A stretch of DNA of 64,000 bases from the NCBI GenBank assembly GCA_043826565.1, contig JBDRPX010000025.1, positions 36,966-100,965 of the forward strand. Direction: 5' to 3'. The translations under genes and the position numbers were made by a program. The notes under the pieces were generated by a model. That model was given only the letters and a program-made list of their open reading frames with translations, ran no database searches and was not told where the DNA came from. This stretch comes from Candidatus Omnitrophota bacterium. GTDB taxonomy: Bacteria; Omnitrophota; Gorgyraeia; B26-G9. This document shows, one piece after another, positions 38,821 through 48,143 of the stretch; within the stretch, counting starts at the first letter, position 1; each line of letters opens with the position of its first letter.

Positions 38821-39744
38821 ATGAAATGCAGTTTATGTTTAAGCTATAAAGTAAGGCAGTTGTTTGTTGCCCAGGATATCCATGGAAGACAAGTATTAAG
38901 TGAAGATGAATTTAATATTTTCCAGTGTGATGTCTGTAATGTTGCTTTTACAGCAGTAAATATCAGTGCAGATTATTACAAAAAATACTATCGTGAAGAT
39001 TACTACTTACCGCCTAATTCTAATCGCTTAGTTGCCGGATGCTTATCTTTTCTGCAGGAATTCAGTTTTAAAAAGAGATTGAAGCTTATTGAACGCTATA
39101 ACAGTTCTAAGGGCAAGAGAATACTTGAAATCGGCTGTGCCAGAGGTGAATTTTTGAATTTTTTGCCGGATTGTTATGTTAAGAGCGGAGTAGAAATAAA
39201 TGAATCAGGGTATAATTTTGTTAAAGAGAATTATAAGAATATTAATGTTTATAATGTAAGGATTAATGACCAGGATTTTGAAGCTCAAGAACTGGGTAAA
39301 TTTGATGTGATAATTATGTGGCATGTGTTTGAACACATTAATGATCCGGTTGTTTTTGCGGGTAATCTTTCAAAGCTTTTAGCTGAAGATGGAGTTTTAA
39401 TCTTTGATATCCCAAATAGAAATAGTTTTGGTTTTCATTTAACTCAAAAATGGTGGTTTCATTTAGATGCCCCGCGTCATTTGTTTCATTATGATTATAA
39501 GAGTATGGACAATTTAATGCAAAAAAGTAAATTGAAGATAGTTGGATGTTTCGGGAATATCTGGGATTATCCACAGGATCTATCTGCGAGTTTTTATTCA
39601 AAGTTTAAAACCAGCAATATTATTCTTAATTGTCTGGTTCTTGTTTTTATTCTGCCAATTGGAGCAATTTTTAGATTAATAATTGCTTTGGTTTTTTTGA
39701 AAAAATCTGAAATCAATACATATATAATAAAGCATGCTAACTAG
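38821..39744 (+). CDS. Class I SAM methyltransferase with N-terminal Zn-ribbon
   Basis: CSLC...CDVC, LEIGCARG, WHVFEH, PRHLFHY. Confidence 0.85.
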   Translation: MKCSLCLSYKVRQLFVAQDIHGRQVLSEDEFNIFQCDVCNVAFTAVNISADYYKKYYREDYYLPPNSNRLVAGCLSFLQEFSFKKRLKLIERYNSSKGKRILEIGCARGEFLNFLPDCYVKSGVEINESGYNFVKENYKNINVYNVRINDQDFEAQELGKFDVIIMWHVFEHINDPVVFAGNLSKLLAEDGVLIFDIPNRNSFGFHLTQKWWFHLDAPRHLFHYDYKSMDNLMQKSKLKIVGCFGNIWDYPQDLSASFYSKFKTSNIILNCLVLVFILPIGAIFRLIIALVFLKKSEINTYIIKHAN

Positions 39745-39843
39745 TAGAAATATTTGAGCTTTATAAGAGGCAAGGGCATATAGTTTTAGAAGGGAATGTG
39801 TTATAATAAATAATTCCGTAATTATCAAAAGAAAGGCAATTAA

Positions 39844-40749
39844 ATGGGGCTTTCAGCTAGAGATCTTAAATATGTGATCAGGATCGTAAATAAATATAAA
39901 ATCCAAGGGCCATTGCTTACTTTGGGCAATCAGGATATTTATGCGACAAAGCAGCAGGTTATTGACTGGATGAAGCTTGATAACTGTAAACAATTTATCC
40001 CAAGCTCAATTGAATATTCCACCAGCGCAAGTACGGTGAAGGTTAACGAGGAAGCAAAAAAATATATCCATGCAAAAACTTTTTTTGAGTTTCTCGGTAT
40101 TTCCGCGGATAACTATTACGATGTGGATAAGTTCGATTTCGATAAACCGAAAATATTATTTGATATGCAGGATGAAGTTGATCAAAAATTACATAATAAA
40201 TTCAATTTTATTTTAGATAGCGGGACGTTGGAGCATATCTTTGATGTGAAACAGGTGTTGAGTAATATCGTGAAAATGACAAAATTAAATGGTTATGTTT
40301 TGCAGCTTATCCCTACGCATAACTTTGTAAACCATGGATTTTATCAATGTTGTCCGACATTGTTCTTTGATTTTTATATGGCAAATGGGTTTAAAATTGT
40401 GGAGTCTTATGTGGTAGAGATTAGACAGTTTTGTAACAGGTTCTATAAGTATGTCCAGGAACAGGACTATTTAGGGATGTATCTTTCTCCGACAAAGCGA
40501 TATGCTAGTGTTTTCTTAGTCCAGAAAATTAAAGAGCAGTCTAAAATTGTTAATCCGGATCAGTATTTATATAGCATGTTAGTCAAAGATACTGAAGAGG
40601 TTACGGCGAATTTCAATAAATCATTTATTGATAAAGTCACTAATTTTTTACGTCACATTATTCCCATTAGGTTCCACGGAGTTTTTTTTAGTATTTGGCA
40701 ATTCATGAAACGCTTAGAAGAAAAAAGAGAGTATTTTGATATTAGGTAG
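39844..40749 (+). CDS. Methyltransferase-like hypothetical protein
   Basis: LTLGNQD, DSGTLEHIFD, NHGFYQ, typical of glycan-locus methyltransferase-fold proteins. Confidence 0.65.
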   Translation: MGLSARDLKYVIRIVNKYKIQGPLLTLGNQDIYATKQQVIDWMKLDNCKQFIPSSIEYSTSASTVKVNEEAKKYIHAKTFFEFLGISADNYYDVDKFDFDKPKILFDMQDEVDQKLHNKFNFILDSGTLEHIFDVKQVLSNIVKMTKLNGYVLQLIPTHNFVNHGFYQCCPTLFFDFYMANGFKIVESYVVEIRQFCNRFYKYVQEQDYLGMYLSPTKRYASVFLVQKIKEQSKIVNPDQYLYSMLVKDTEEVTANFNKSFIDKVTNFLRHIIPIRFHGVFFSIWQFMKRLEEKREYFDIR

Positions 40750-40769
40750 ATGCGGAGAGTAGTTTATAG

Positions 40770-41444
40770 TTGAAAGGAAGAAATAAGATAATGGGAACGT
40801 ATGCCACAAAATATTATCAAGCTATAGATCTGATTATAAAAAACTATTCTTTGAAAGAAAATCTTAAAATTTTAGATGTGGGGATAGGAACAGGACAAAC
40901 AACATCTTTGTTTAAAACAAAACATAATGAAGTAACCGGTGTGGATATTGTGGACAGGAGAGTTGCGCAGTATTCGAATAATTTCGATTTTCAATTAGAA
41001 GACGGATTAGAATTATCTTTTAAGGATGAATCATTTGACTTGGTTGTTTCTTTTGATGTTATTGAGCATATCGAAAATGCGGGTAAATTTGCTGGAGAAA
41101 TGATGCGGGTATTGAAAGTCGGCGGGAAAATATTAATTGGGACTCCCAGTAGATTACGTATTTCAAGTCTGGTGCAAATGATGTTAGGGAAAAAAATAAC
41201 CTTTCCCAGGTATTACGGGACAAGTAAGGAATTAGGAGATGTTGTCCATGTGTATGAATATACTGTGGAAGAGTTAAAGAAAATGGTTGAAGGCTATGGG
41301 GCAAATATTTTGCAGGCACGCGGATTCTTGCTGGGTATGTATTTGTTTGGGGGAAAGGGGCAAGGTTTCTTGCAGGCTCCTGGGTTTTTAACTAATTTTG
41401 CCCAGCATTTATTTGTTTTGGGAGTTAAGCACACCGCGGGTTAA
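40770..41444 (+). CDS. Class I SAM methyltransferase (Methyltransf_11-like)
   Basis: ILDVGIGTG, LSFKDESFDLV, DVIEH, RVLKVGG, HVYEY. Confidence 0.88.
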   Translation: MKGRNKIMGTYATKYYQAIDLIIKNYSLKENLKILDVGIGTGQTTSLFKTKHNEVTGVDIVDRRVAQYSNNFDFQLEDGLELSFKDESFDLVVSFDVIEHIENAGKFAGEMMRVLKVGGKILIGTPSRLRISSLVQMMLGKKITFPRYYGTSKELGDVVHVYEYTVEELKKMVEGYGANILQARGFLLGMYLFGGKGQGFLQAPGFLTNFAQHLFVLGVKHTAG

Positions 41445-41458
41445 GTAAATTCTAGGGA

Positions 41459-43945
41459 TTGTTAAAGATGAACGAAAAAATTAAAATATTTAAAAAAGAA
41501 TTTTTTGTAACTCTGGGCTATATATTAGTTAGTATTTATGCTACATTTCCGGTTATTCTGAAACTTAATTCAGCTTTTTATGGTACAGCTACTGACCCAT
41601 TGGCTTGGATGTGGAATTTTTGGTGGATGAAATATTCTAATCTAAAAGGATTGGACTTGGTTTTTTGTAATATGTTGGCGTATCCTTTTGGCCTGAAAAT
41701 ACCGGCACTCTTTCCGGCCTGGGGGCCGATCAATAAATGTTTAGCTATGCTCACCGGAGAAGTTGCCGCATACAATCTTCAGATAATCACCAGTTTTTTT
41801 CTTGCCGGAGTAGCGATGTATATGCTTGTTTTTTATTTTACAAAAAATCGGCTGGCTTCTTTTTTCTCCGGAGTAGTTTTTATGCTCTGCCCATATCATT
41901 TTGCGCGTTCCTGGGATCACCTTGGTTTGTCTAATATGCATTGGATGGTATTTTATATACGATCATTGTTTATAGTAATTAAAGAAAAAACTTATAAAAG
42001 TGCGATAATTTGCGGGTTGTGCTTAGGATTAATAAGTCATTTAAGTAATTTATATTATTTATATTTTATGTTAATCTTTTCTTCGATTTTTATAATTTAT
42101 TGGTTGGGGTATGGACTAATCATCAACAAAAAAGTTCAGATCAAAGATTGTTTTAAAACTATAAAAGTAGCTATAATTGCGGTCATTATCGCACTTATAA
42201 TGATATTGCCGCATATTAATGTAATTAAAAAAAGCCTTGCGCTGAGTTCTGAAGTTGAATTTAATGTAAAAGATGTTTCCCGTCCTTTTGGTCAGCTTTT
42301 TGCGGATTCAGCGAGGCCTTTAAATTATTTTTTACCCACGGAATATCACCCTATTTTAGGAAAAATAACCAAAATTTTTATCAACACACCGTTATACGGT
42401 GAGAATAGCGGCGGGGAACAGTCGCTTTACCTGGGAATTATCCCGCTGATGTTGGCATTTTTTGGTTATCGGCAATGGCAAAACAAAAAAAAGGCCTTAA
42501 AAACTACGCCGATGGAAGATTTTGTTTCCAGTTTTTTTAGTATTGCGTTTTTTGTGTTTATGATATTTTCTTTTAGTCCCTACTGGGGGATTAAAAATGG
42601 GGTTTTAATCCCATTTCCTTCTTATTTTTTATATGAAATTTTTCCCATGTTTCGTAATTATGCACGTATGGGAGTATTGGTTATGGTATGTGTGTGTGTG
42701 CTTGCCGGATTTGGTTTGAAATATTATCTTGAAAAAATCAGCGCTCAACGCAAAAAACTTGCCGTGGTAAGCATACTTTGTTGTATTGTTCTTTTGGAAT
42801 TTTTGAATTTTCCGCCGTTCAGGACAACGGATGTATCAGATGTATCACCAGCTTATTTATGGTTAAAAGATCAGCCGGATGATATCGTTATCGCAGAGTA
42901 TCCGATAGATGCAGATGGAAGGCAGTATTTATTTAACCAGCGGGTTCATCATAAAAGTATGATTAATGGGGCCGTCCCGGGAACATATGCTTATGAAGTG
43001 ATGGAAAAGATTGTTGACGTTAACGCAGAAAAAACAGCAGGCATATTAGGATTTCTGGGGGCTAAGTATCTGGTTATGCATGAAGATAAATACACTAATT
43101 ATGACGGAGGCGTAATCCTGGGGCAAATCCCTGATCTTAGCTCAAACACAGGGTATGTGCTGGTCAAGGATTTTGGTAATAAAAAGATTTATGAAATAAC
43201 CGCAAAAGTTGTTGATCCAAAGGCTGTAACGGAAAATAATAATGGTAAGCAGATGAATTTAGCGGGTACGTCTCCGGCTTTATTAGAAGTTAATAATTTT
43301 GGATTTAAAGTAGGGGATAAATTCTTTTACACAATTAAATATTTTGGGATTATTCCGTTATTTGATTTTTATTTGGAAGTAAAAGATGCGCCGAGTGACA
43401 ATAATTTATTATTGGAGGCCGAGGCCAAAGAAAAAGGAATTATTGCTAAATTTATGGATATTGATATAAAATTGAAGTCATTGATCGATAAGGATGCAAC
43501 TATCCCGCTAAGGTACAAACAGAGTATAAGGATGGGTAAGGAAAATAAAGTAAGGGATGTTGTGTTTAACCATGAGCAGTTGTTTGTGATTAGTGGCGAG
43601 CGGAGGGTATCAATTAATAAGAATACACAGGATCCGCTTTCCGCATTGTTTTATCTGGCTGCTTTTGATTTTAATGAAGGCCGTAAGATTGATGTTTTTA
43701 TAAACCCCGGTAAGACAAATTATAAGCTGCAGGCAGAAGTGCTGGGAGAAACTCAAATAAAATATTCCGGCAAAAAAATAAGCTGCTGGGAGGTTCAGGG
43801 AGAATATTTTAGCTTAAAAGGTAAGTCGAAAAAAATAGCTTCGGTTAATATTTGGTTCTTAAATGACCGGGCAAAAACTTTAGTACGCATGCAAGTTTTA
43901 ACAAAATTAGGGTTTATTACTATTGAAAAGAATACGGCAAATTAA
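41459..43945 (+). CDS. YfhO-like/GT-C membrane protein fused to a C-terminal DUF3108-like domain
   Basis: DPLAWMWNFWW, YPFG, multi-TM core, SLYLG, MFRNYAR, AYLWL; C-terminal GDKFFYTIKY...QDPLSALFYL beta-rich domain. Start may be ATG 41468. Confidence 0.65.
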   Translation: MLKMNEKIKIFKKEFFVTLGYILVSIYATFPVILKLNSAFYGTATDPLAWMWNFWWMKYSNLKGLDLVFCNMLAYPFGLKIPALFPAWGPINKCLAMLTGEVAAYNLQIITSFFLAGVAMYMLVFYFTKNRLASFFSGVVFMLCPYHFARSWDHLGLSNMHWMVFYIRSLFIVIKEKTYKSAIICGLCLGLISHLSNLYYLYFMLIFSSIFIIYWLGYGLIINKKVQIKDCFKTIKVAIIAVIIALIMILPHINVIKKSLALSSEVEFNVKDVSRPFGQLFADSARPLNYFLPTEYHPILGKITKIFINTPLYGENSGGEQSLYLGIIPLMLAFFGYRQWQNKKKALKTTPMEDFVSSFFSIAFFVFMIFSFSPYWGIKNGVLIPFPSYFLYEIFPMFRNYARMGVLVMVCVCVLAGFGLKYYLEKISAQRKKLAVVSILCCIVLLEFLNFPPFRTTDVSDVSPAYLWLKDQPDDIVIAEYPIDADGRQYLFNQRVHHKSMINGAVPGTYAYEVMEKIVDVNAEKTAGILGFLGAKYLVMHEDKYTNYDGGVILGQIPDLSSNTGYVLVKDFGNKKIYEITAKVVDPKAVTENNNGKQMNLAGTSPALLEVNNFGFKVGDKFFYTIKYFGIIPLFDFYLEVKDAPSDNNLLLEAEAKEKGIIAKFMDIDIKLKSLIDKDATIPLRYKQSIRMGKENKVRDVVFNHEQLFVISGERRVSINKNTQDPLSALFYLAAFDFNEGRKIDVFINPGKTNYKLQAEVLGETQIKYSGKKISCWEVQGEYFSLKGKSKKIASVNIWFLNDRAKTLVRMQVLTKLGFITIEKNTAN

Positions 43946-43959
43946 ATAAGGAGCAAAGA

Positions 43960-44994
43960 ATGAAAATTTTAGTTACCGGAGGCGCGGGCATGGTTGGTTC
44001 CCATTGTGCGGAATATTATGCTAAAAAAGGAGCAAAGGTAGTTGCCTTAGATAACCTGATGCGTTCGGAGCTGTTTAAATCCAAGAAAAAGAGTGTGGAG
44101 TATAATTGGCGTTTTCTACAGAAAATGAAAAATGTTACCTGTTTAAAAGGCGACGTGCGTAATGAAAAAGATGTTATGGAAGCTATTGGAAAAGGCGTGG
44201 ATGCGGTTATCCATACTGCCGGACAGCCGGGAGTGCCCTCATCAGTGCGTATGCCGAAAGAAGATTTCAGTATTAATGCGTTTGGAACACTTAATGTGCT
44301 GGAATGTTTAAGAAGTAAAAGCAAAAATGCCGCGTTTGTGTATTGTTCAACCAATAAAGTATATGGAGAAAATATTGATAAAATCCCGCTAAAAGAGTTG
44401 AAAACAAGGTATGCCTTTAAAGGTATGAATGGGGTTGATGAAAAAATGCTTACGGATTTAACCGGGCATACGCCGTATGGGGTAAGCAAGTTAGTGGGTG
44501 ATTTATATACCCAGGAGTATGCGCATATCTACGGCATGAAAACTGCGGTATTCAGAATGAGCTGTATTTATGGAGACCGTCAGTTTGGATTTGAAGACCA
44601 GGGCTGGGTAGCGTGGTTTATTATTGCTTGTTTGACCGGCAGGAAAATAACTGTATTTGGCGACGGTAAACAAGTGCGGGACCTTTTGTATGCCGGAGAT
44701 CTGGTTAAGAGTTATGATCGTTTTATCCAAGGGAAAATTAAGCACACCATTGTTAATGTCGGAGGAGGTAAAGATAATACGATTTCTTTGCTTGAGTTTC
44801 TGGATAAGCTTAAAGGGTTGACCGGGAAAAAGCCAAAAGTGCAATTTAGCAATTGGCGGCCTTCTGATCAGAAAGTCTATGTGTCGGATATCGGTAAGGC
44901 AAAAAAAATATTATCATGGGAACCGCAAGTATCCGTGGAGCAGGGTTTGTTAAAATTGACCGAATGGATTAAGGATAACAGAGTTTTGTTTTAA
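43960..44994 (+). CDS. rfbE: CDP-paratose 2-epimerase (tyvelose epimerase)-like SDR
   Basis: STNKVYG, PYGVSK, FRMSCIYG, QFGFEDQGWVAWF, GDGKQVRD, WRPSDQ. Confidence 0.8.
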   Translation: MKILVTGGAGMVGSHCAEYYAKKGAKVVALDNLMRSELFKSKKKSVEYNWRFLQKMKNVTCLKGDVRNEKDVMEAIGKGVDAVIHTAGQPGVPSSVRMPKEDFSINAFGTLNVLECLRSKSKNAAFVYCSTNKVYGENIDKIPLKELKTRYAFKGMNGVDEKMLTDLTGHTPYGVSKLVGDLYTQEYAHIYGMKTAVFRMSCIYGDRQFGFEDQGWVAWFIIACLTGRKITVFGDGKQVRDLLYAGDLVKSYDRFIQGKIKHTIVNVGGGKDNTISLLEFLDKLKGLTGKKPKVQFSNWRPSDQKVYVSDIGKAKKILSWEPQVSVEQGLLKLTEWIKDNRVLF

Positions 44995-45026
44995 TGTGAA
45001 GAATATTATCAATAACTTATTACATT

Positions 45027-45063
45027 AAGACATCCTATAAAGAGAAAAATAGGAGGATGTCTT
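45027..45063. other. Intergenic hairpin (possible terminator)
   Basis: AAGACATCCT ... AGGATGTCTT. Confidence 0.45.
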
Positions 45064-45166
45064 GATTATATAGATTAAAAAGAAGATTGCAGTGATTTAA
45101 AAGCTGTCAAGTCAGAAGATTAATAGTTTAATCTTCGTAATCTAATGTTAATCGTTTTAATCAGGT
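45061..45166. repeat. GATT/AATC periodic inverted cassette, copy 1
   Basis: GATT at 45064/45073/45085/45094 and AATC at 45130/45139/45150/45159; ends TAATCAGGT. Confidence 0.8.
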
Positions 45167-45208
45167 ATAATCCAGCCGGGGATTGAAGATTATACCAGGG
45201 GTGGTGTT

Positions 45209-46078
45209 ATGAAAGGAATAATTTTAGCTGGAGGCAGAGCGACAAGGCTTTATCCCATAACTAAAGGGGTATGTAAGCAGTTACTGCCGGTATATGATAA
45301 ACCGATGATATATTATCCGCTATCCACATTAATGCTGGCCGGGATAAAGGAGATATTAATCGTATCCACTCCGCATGATTTGCCGAGATTTAAGGATTTA
45401 TTTTCTGACGGCAAAGAGCTGGGGCTTAAGATATCTTATGCGGAACAGCCTCAGCCCAAAGGAATAGCCGATGCGTTTGTTATCGGTGCGGATTTTATCG
45501 GCACGGATACCGTGTGTTTGATCTTGGGTGATAATGTTTTTTACGGCAGTGATATGGAGTCTCAGCTGAAAGAAGCAGTTGATCAGCAAGAGGGAGCAGT
45601 AGTTTTTGGTTATTATGTGAAATCTCCGCAGCGCTACGGGGTTATTGAGTTTGATAAAGAGCATAATGTGGTTTCGATTGAAGAAAAACCGCAGCATCCA
45701 AAGTCTAATTGGGTAGCCACCGGGCTTTATATTTATGATAATAGTGTTGTGAATATGTCCAGGAATCTTAAGCCTTCTGCCAGAGGAGAGCTGGAAATTA
45801 CCGATATCAACAATAATTATCTTAAAAACAAAAAATTAAAAGTAAAATTATTAGGCCGGGGTTATGCCTGGCTGGATACGGGAACATATGATTCTCTGAT
45901 TGATGCTTCGGTATTTATAAAAACAATTGAAGAACGGCAAGGCTTGAAAATCGGCTGTATTGAAGAAATCGCCTATCGTATGGGCTATATTGATGCCAAG
46001 CAGTTGGATAAATTAGCTGCCGGTATTAATACCGAGTATGGTGATTACCTGCGTAGTGTTATTTCTTCGCATCCATAA
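45209..46078 (+). CDS. rfbA: Glucose-1-phosphate thymidylyltransferase
   Basis: [48 protein letters not shown]. Confidence 0.95.
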   Translation: MKGIILAGGRATRLYPITKGVCKQLLPVYDKPMIYYPLSTLMLAGIKEILIVSTPHDLPRFKDLFSDGKELGLKISYAEQPQPKGIADAFVIGADFIGTDTVCLILGDNVFYGSDMESQLKEAVDQQEGAVVFGYYVKSPQRYGVIEFDKEHNVVSIEEKPQHPKSNWVATGLYIYDNSVVNMSRNLKPSARGELEITDINNNYLKNKKLKVKLLGRGYAWLDTGTYDSLIDASVFIKTIEERQGLKIGCIEEIAYRMGYIDAKQLDKLAAGINTEYGDYLRSVISSHP

Positions 46079-46114
46079 AAAACAGGAAGTCGATATTATT
46101 TGAGAGGAAATGTT

Positions 46115-47542
46115 ATGAAAAAAAAAGTTGTTTGTTTTATTATGGCCGGCGGAGAGGGGATGAGATTATGGCCAATGAGCCGTTCGCATTTTCCCAAGCA
46201 ATTACATTCTTTATTGGGTGATAGTTCTCTGCTGCAGCAGTCGATTGCCAGACTTCTAAAAACCAGTTCTCCGAAAAACATTCTCATCGGAACCCGGGAA
46301 GATCTTAATTTTTCCGTAAGGCAGCAGTGGGCAGATATGAATCTGGGGACTGAGCCATGGCTGATTTTAGAGCCGGTAAGCCGGAATACCGCACCGGCGA
46401 TTGCCTTGGCTATTCTGGCAGCTCGTGAGCGTTTTGGCGAAGATGTGATCATGGCTACGTTTGCCGCGGACCATGTGATTAAAAATAAAAAACGTTTTGA
46501 CGAATTGCTTAAGGTAGGCGTAAAAATGGCTCAACAAGGGAATATTGTTACTTTTGGGATTGTTCCGACTTATCCGGAAACAGGATACGGTTATATTAAG
46601 GCCGGCAAGAAACTGGGCAAGGATGTATTTGACGTGGCTGAATTTAAGGAAAAGCCGACTTTGAAAATTGCGGAAAAATATTTAAAAAACAACAGCTATT
46701 TATGGAATAGCGGTATGTTTGTTTTTGATACAAGTATCGTAGCCAAAGCTTTGGAAAAGCTTTCACCTCAAGTATGGAAACCTGCAGAGCGGGTGTGGGA
46801 AAAAAGAAAATCTAAAAAAAGCAGTGTAGGTTTTGATGAAAAAGCATTTAGTAAATTCCCCAAAATATCCATTGACTATGCGGTTATGGAAAAAGCCCCC
46901 AAGTTGGCAGTGATTAAAGCTGATTTTAATTGGTGTGATGTGGGCTGCTGGCGGATGGTACATGAGATTTCGCCGAAGGATAAGAATGGGAATGTGTTTT
47001 CCGGCAATATATTTAGTGTAGATACCACCGATACTTTTGTAAAATCAGACAAGCGTTTTGTGGCTACAGTGGGGCTTAAAGGAGTTGTTATTATTGATAC
47101 GCCGGATGCTTTACTTATTTCTGAAAAGGGCCGCAGCCAGGATGTCAAAGCAATCGTTGAGGAATTAAATGCCCGTAAGTCATTGCTAACTAAATTTCAT
47201 ACCACGGTATATCGTCCTTGGGGCAATTATACAGTCCTTGAAGAAGGCCCGGGATATAAGATAAAAAGAGTAGTGGTAAATCCTAAGCAGCGATTATCGC
47301 TACAGAAGCACAACCACCGTAGTGAACATTGGGTGGTTATTTCCGGAAAAGCGCGGATCATAAGTGATGATAATTCAATTTTGCTAAAAGCGAATGAAAG
47401 TATTTTTATCCGAAAGAAAGGTAAACATAGGATTATTAATCCGTTTAAGAAAGAAGTAGTGATTATTGAGGTGCAGACCGGGGCTTTGATTAATGAAGAT
47501 GATATTGTCCGATTTGATGATATTTATGACCGGGTAGTCTAA
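46115..47542 (+). CDS. manC: Mannose-1-phosphate guanylyltransferase / mannose-6-phosphate isomerase
   Basis: MAGGEGMRLWP, RNTAPAI, ETGYGYI, WNSGMF, SIDYAVME; cupin RPWG...HRSEHW. ATG 46115 after GAGAGG. Confidence 0.93.
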   Translation: MKKKVVCFIMAGGEGMRLWPMSRSHFPKQLHSLLGDSSLLQQSIARLLKTSSPKNILIGTREDLNFSVRQQWADMNLGTEPWLILEPVSRNTAPAIALAILAARERFGEDVIMATFAADHVIKNKKRFDELLKVGVKMAQQGNIVTFGIVPTYPETGYGYIKAGKKLGKDVFDVAEFKEKPTLKIAEKYLKNNSYLWNSGMFVFDTSIVAKALEKLSPQVWKPAERVWEKRKSKKSSVGFDEKAFSKFPKISIDYAVMEKAPKLAVIKADFNWCDVGCWRMVHEISPKDKNGNVFSGNIFSVDTTDTFVKSDKRFVATVGLKGVVIIDTPDALLISEKGRSQDVKAIVEELNARKSLLTKFHTTVYRPWGNYTVLEEGPGYKIKRVVVNPKQRLSLQKHNHRSEHWVVISGKARIISDDNSILLKANESIFIRKKGKHRIINPFKKEVVIIEVQTGALINEDDIVRFDDIYDRVV

Positions 47543-47555
47543 AGGAGCCGTCGGA

Positions 47556-47585
47556 CTGGCAAAAAACAAATTAATAGGGTATAAT
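47556..47585 (+). promoter_or_regulatory. Putative sigma70 promoter for the riboswitch leader
   Basis: CTGGCA-18 nt-TATAAT. Confidence 0.4.
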
Positions 47586-47623
47586 TATACTAAGGACAAA
47601 GTATATAGTTTTAGCAGTTTTAT

Positions 47624-47796
47624 CCTTTTACGGACAAAGGCAAACCCTGTGTGAACAGGGGGCGTCCCAAAGGTGGCAAACGTTGTTTGTGCAACCGGGA
47701 CCCCGAAGAAAAGCAGCGCTATTATAAATATATTATTCGGGGCAAAGCCGCGGGTCTAAGGAATATCTTAGATAGCCGGGTTACCGAAAGAAAAGG
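47624..47796 (+). ncRNA. c-di-GMP-I (GEMM-I) riboswitch variant with a 78-nt insertion
   Basis: GGCAAACCCTGT-GTGA-ACAGGGGGC (P2 with GNRA loop) ... GCAAAGCCGCGGGTCTAAG...GATAGCCGGGTTACCG (P3 with receptor). Both halves match the GEMM consensus but are separated by 47664-47741. Confidence 0.8.
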
Positions 47797-47799
47797 AAC

Positions 47800-47845
47800 A
47801 TAAGCCACTTAAGCAGTTTCTAGAAAAGGTGGCTTATTTTTTTTT
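47800..47845 (+). terminator. Intrinsic terminator (riboswitch expression platform)
   Basis: ATAAGCCAC...GTGGCTTAT stem followed by a T-run. Confidence 0.8.
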
Positions 47846-48059
47846 AATGAAGCAATGCTTTATGATGTCTGGTGACATCATAAAGGGGATGGCTGAATTA
47901 ACCCGCCCGAAAGTCCGCCTTCAATAGGGCGAGATTTCGCTAGTATTGTGGCGAACATGGCGAGGTTTAATTCGTGCAGATTACTTAGCCTCATTACATT
48001 TGCTAAGTAATGCACTTATTAAAGAAAGGAGGTGAAAGCGCGTATTGTCTATTAAATCC

Positions 48060-48088
48060 TTGACAATATGCTAAATATCTGATATATT
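48060..48088 (+). promoter_or_regulatory. Sigma70-type promoter directly upstream of the pilin gene
   Basis: TTGACA-17 nt-TATATT; GGAGGTGA SD before ATG 48144. Confidence 0.6.
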
Positions 48089-48143
48089 TTAAACAATTGA
48101 AAAACTGTTTGTATTAAATGTTTGGAAGGGAGGTGACAGGGTA

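Noticed and set aside
47664-47701. Second nested GEMM aptamer (contains GGCAAAC)
   Set aside because: Lacks the GNRA-capped P2 and its own P3; treated as part of the insertion.
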